A DNA stretch of 64,000 nt, from NCBI GenBank assembly GCA_002269645.1, contig NIVC01001163.1, positions 165,135 to 229,134 on the forward strand. Direction: 5' to 3'. The notes under the pieces were generated by a model. The model made no database searches. It had not been told where the DNA came from and saw nothing but the letters and a program-made list of their open reading frames with translations. This DNA comes from Macrostomum lignano. Lineage: Eukaryota. Within the stretch, counting starts at the first letter, position 1; every line of letters starts with the position of its first letter. Below are positions 59,697-64,000 of this stretch, piece by piece. The position numbers and the translations under genes were made by a program.

Positions 59697-60600
59697 CACC
59701 GCTACCTCTCTCTGAAGTCCTTCAGCAGGCTACTGCTACCTCTCTCTGAAGTCCTTCAGCAGGCTACTGCTACCTCTCTCTGAAGTCCTTCAGCAGGCTA
59801 CTGCTACCTCTCTCTGAAGTCCTTCAGCAGGCTACTGCTACCCCTCTCTGAAGACATTCAAAAGGCTACTGCTACCCCTCTCTGAAGACATTCAACAGGC
59901 TACTGCTACCCCTCTCTGAAGACATTCAACAGGCTACTGCTACCCCTCTCTGAAGAGATTCAGCAGGCTACTGCTACCCCTCTCTGAAGAGATTCAGCAG
60001 GCTACTGCTACCCCTCTCTGAAGACATTCAGCAGGCTACTGCTACCCCTCTCTGAAGACATTCAACAGGCTACTGCTACCCCTCTCTGAAGACATTCAAC
60101 AGGCTACTGCTACCCCTCTCTAAAGATATTCAACAGGCTACTGCTACCCCTCTCTGAAGACATTCAACAGGCTACTGCTACCCCTCTCTGAAGTCCTTCA
60201 GCAGGCTACTGCTACCCATCTCTGAAGACATTCAACAGGCTACTGCTACCCATCTCTGAAGTCCTTCAGCAGGCTACTGCTACCCCTCTCTGAAGTCCTT
60301 CAGCAGGCTACTGCTACCCCTCTCTGAAGTCCTTCAGCAGGCTACTGCTACCCCTCTCTGAAGACATTCAACAGGCTACTGCTACCCCTCTCTGAAGTCC
60401 TTCAGCAGGCTACTGCTACCCCTCTCTGAAGACATTCAACAGGCTACTGCTACCCATCTCTGAAGTCCTTCAGCAGGCTACTGCTACCCCTCTCTGAAGT
60501 CCTTCAGCAGGCTACTGCTACCCCTCTCTGAAGTCCTTCAGCAGGCTACTGCTACCCCTCTATGAAGTCCTTCAGCAGGCTACTGCTACCCCTCTGAAGT
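59697..60600. repeat. 34 bp intronic minisatellite GCTACTGCTACCCCTCTCTGAAGTCCTTCAGCAG
   Basis: Visible, about 26 copies. Confidence 0.96.
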
Positions 60601-60643
60601 CGTGCTACACCAGAATTGTGCAAATCAACCAAATGGCGCGCAC

Positions 60644-61214
60644 CTGCCGCAGGTAGGCAATCCGACACCCATCGACAAGCAGCAGAGCGCCTTTGCGAAG
60701 ATCGGGCAGATCGCCGGAGCGCCACAGGTCGAACTGAATATTCCTGTAGATGCTGGGGCTCATGGCTTTGACGGCCCGGAAGCTGGTTGGCAATGGCTCA
60801 GATTCGCTGCTATTGACTGGGCGCGCCGTCTGCGGCAGCGCCGGCCGGCCTTGGCCTCCTCCTTCAGGCTCCTGCTGCTCTCTCTGACGCAACAGCCAGG
60901 CCAGCTGTCTGCGCCGACTACGCCGATTCTTACCAGCGGCGGCGGCCGCATCGAACCGGTCCATGCAGATCTCGGCGGCGTTGCTGATGCGAAACACGTC
61001 GCTCATTAATAGTTGGAATACGACGCTCTGGCAGATGGCCAGGCTGGCGCAACGATCCAACGTCAGCACGAGATCGTAGTGACCGTTGCCGCTGCAGGCT
61101 AGGGCGATCTCAACGGCTGGGCAGCCGGACGGTGGTTGAAGCTTTTCAATTAGCAGCTGAGAGGAGCTGCAGATTGCCGCTGACCGATTTATCGAGTACA
61201 CCGTGATGCTGCAG
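60644..61214 (-). CDS. OTUD4/ALG13/otu-family gene, OTU C-terminal half plus conserved linker
   Basis: LACSGNGHYDLV (catalytic His), LAICQSVVFQLLMSDVF, AVKAMSPSIYRNIQFDLW match OTUD4 FSNGNHYDIV / AMCQSLLYELLYEKVF / VLKSLNPAVYRNVEYEIW. Confidence 0.9.
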
Positions 61215-61554
61215 CTGCGGATCCGGTTGATGACGATTAAAGGGCATTGTGTCAGCTTGGATCGCAAATGCGGTAAGAGATTGTGGCTGATCGCGTCTGG
61301 TTTTGTTTGTTAAATTCAATAAAAATTTAAATTCGCGCCAAAAGGATATTGATAAACTAGCGTTAAACACCATTCGAGAAGTAAGTTTAAACCTCCGAAA
61401 TTTATCAAATGTGTTTTCTGTATATTTTAACCAAGGACGACTTAAGTAGAAGGACGGGAAACCTCGTTTCTTGGAAAATTTTAGAAGAACAGGCTTTTCC
61501 GAAAAAATACACGACGGAGATAGGAAGTTTTGGCTTTTTTCAACACAAAAATTG

Positions 61555-61811
61555 TTATTGCTTTTGATAGGAGGCAGATCCTGTGTTCATCGTTTGATAT
61601 GTTGTGCCTTTCTTATTCTACGTACATTTCCTAACCTAAAAATCATAAAATGCATGACACAGCTCGAATCTTTGGTTTTATGAATCTATTTTATGATATC
61701 TGCTACGCATATTTGTTACACAGTCAGCTAAGAGTGATAAAATAGACTCATAAGAAAGGCACAACATATCAAACGATGAACACAGGATCTGCCTCCTATC
61801 AAAAGCAATAA
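61555..61811. mobile_element. 257 bp MITE-like element with 62 bp perfect inverted repeats
   Basis: 61555-61616 is the exact reverse complement of 61750-61811; TA|TTGC...GCAA|TA ends. Confidence 0.75.
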
Positions 61812-62144
61812 TCTGTGGTCGCCACCTTTGAAAGTGCAGGTGAAGTGTCTCAATCTTTGCGAGTGACGCAGCTCAGCTACGCCGCGGCAGACTTGGGTTG
61901 AGGAATGAAGTGGGGGGGGGGGGAGCGGTGTGCGAGGGTTGGACGGATTAAAGCTACCCCATTCAATTTTCTCTTATTTTTTGTTTCGGAACAGTCCAAG
62001 AGAAACTGCTCACTGGCGCATAAAATGGCAACTTTTTAATGTTGCTGAGCAACATTTCTCTTGTGGAAGTTTTTTAAACATCACAGAAATATAGAATCAG
62101 TAGAATGCTTGATTTGTTATAATTGACAAAAAATATTCACTTAC

Positions 62145-62439
62145 TTAAATGCAGAGCATGCCACACTGAGTAGGCATTTAAATGCTGGATGAGTCGTGCA
62201 GCAAGTGGAAGCCGATGTCTCATTTATGAACTGCTCCAGTGATAGAGATTCAGGCTGTATTACTGCAGCATTGCCACTTTGTTCTCTCAGTTGCTTTAGG
62301 CACTTTGAACGCACCTGAGGCCAGTATTGCTGCATAGTGTACAAGGCCTCCGATAGGCAGTGGAACAGGCAGGCTCCATTTCTGGGCACCAACTGACGCC
62401 ATAGGTTCAGCTTATCTAGCTCTTCATCTAAGGCAGAAT
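62145..62439 (-). CDS. OTUD4/ALG13/otu-family gene, OTU N-terminal half (an upstream exon is not located)
   Basis: ataattgacag acceptor, AA|GTAAGT donor; LDEELDKLNLWRQLVPRNGACLFHCLSEALY...QVRSKCLKQLRE matches OTUD4 [30 protein letters not shown]...VRMACIHYLRE. Confidence 0.88.
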
Positions 62440-64000
62440 CTGTCAATTATGATATATGAAATAAATATTAAGATGTAGGTAAACAAAATTATTGCGTTAT
62501 TATCAAACTTTTTAGGCCATTTAATAAACAAAAAATATTTTGTAATTTAAATGGCAATCCACTTTTGTGACAGATTCAAAATTAGTACTATACTATATAC
62601 TAATTGTCTAATTAGTACTAAAGTTACATAATTTAAAGTTTTGAAATGAATTCTAACTTGAACTTCAAGGATTACAAAAAAAATTTAATACTATAGACCC
62701 TACCCAGGATCATTAAAAGTCAATTAGATTGAGTTTTTATCAATAGTATTAGCTTTACTAGAAAAATATAAGAACCATATGATTTTTTACCTGAACAATA
62801 CAACTTGAACTTGAAATAAAGTTATACAATTCTACAATATTTCTAAAACCTCAATAACTGTCTTAGAACTTTGAGCTATAAAAGTGGCGCCATAAAAGTA
62901 TATGGGTATAAGCTATAATATAATAATTTCATAGTAAGTTAAGAGTAGAGTTAAGATGGGACATACTCTGAATATTCTAAAAAAAAATCAAATCAACTAA
63001 ATATTTAGTTTGAATAGGAAAATTGATAATCTGAATTACCAAATAGTTGCTTTGATATAAAGCAAAGATTAAAAACAAGTAAGAATTGATGTTGGTATTG
63101 TGTCTCACATATTAGGGAAGGAATTAGTTGTGCTCTAAGGAAATACAGAGGGATTAGATATGTAACAATTGACCCATATGTTGTGCTTTTAAGATTTGAT
63201 AAGGCTTTAGAATGCATATAGGATTAAAATTTTAAGTTGCTTCAGGAGAAATGGAGCATTAAGAATGAGTTCATGGAACATGAATTTGGGATACTGATTC
63301 CTACAAACTTAGAGGGGTAGAGACTGTAGGGTTGACATTTGGTCTAGGCATATCTTATTAGGCAAGATCATAAGGAATAAAAGGCAAGGGAATAAAAAGA
63401 GAAAGGAAAAGAGAGATAAAATGATAAAAGAGAATATATAAGAGAAAAGAGAGCTAAAAAGAGATAGCTATAAAACTTAAGCAAACTAGGTTGCTATTGT
63501 GAAATTTAAAGTCCCAAAGCTAGATAGAGGCTTTGTAGTAGGGGTTGCAAAATCCTGGCTTTTTCAATCCTGGGATTGACTTTGGATTGGAGATTTCCTC
63601 CTAGTTTACCTCAATTATGTCATAAATTGTCATTTTGTGACAAAACAAGCATCCATTTGTGCATTTTTCAAGTTTTTTTAACACCATTTAGCTTGCCTAT
63701 TGCTCCTAATTGTTCTTGCCTAATATTACAAAATGAATAAAGGAACTCAAGAAGAAACAAAATTCAATCCAATAAACAGTTTTCATTTTCGCTTTTATTT
63801 TCTGCATGGTTGATATAAATATTTAGCAACTTTAGCTTTCATTGCACAGCAATAGCACCATATTGCTGCCACATCATACATTAGTGTTCTAAGTTGATTC
63901 AGAGTCTTCATAGTCAAAAGCCACATTATACACATTATATCATAGGCCTATCCATATCCATCAAGCATCAAATAATTTATTGATCTTCCAAGTTTCATTT

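Overview
Eukaryotic (animal) genomic DNA: GC-rich, CpG-rich exons, GT-AG introns and a very high load of locus-private mini/microsatellites. The style is consistent with a free-living flatworm such as Macrostomum (inference, not a database result). Four genes were reconstructed by hand with phase-consistent splice sites. (1) A NOSTRIN-like F-BAR/HR1/SH3 gene (minus, 6 exons, 20580->10506, about 675 aa). (2) An intronless class A peptide-receptor-like GPCR (plus, 37379-38611). (3) A calmodulin-dependent PDE1 (plus, 5 exons, 43212-48928, with a 1-nt frameshift). (4) An OTUD4/ALG13/otu-family OTU+Tudor deubiquitinase (minus, at least 8 exons, 62439->55582). The window also holds fragments of unidentified genes, four pieces of an RTE-like LINE, a tRNA-derived SINE, two TA-flanked MITE-like elements, a foldback next to (TTAGGG)n, and about 30 tandem arrays. 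Most long ORFs in the supplied track are repeat artefacts. The most striking signal is that several minisatellites are tandem amplifications of the splice junction itself: 18 donors at NOSTRIN exon 1, 5 donors and 11 acceptors in PDE1, and 33 donors at 8 kb. In the two arrays I translated in full (NOSTRIN donor, PDE1 acceptor), only the exon-proximal copy keeps the frame. Also notable: a LINE whose two halves join exactly but sit inverted and 1.3 kb apart, and sharply bounded CpG-free domains.
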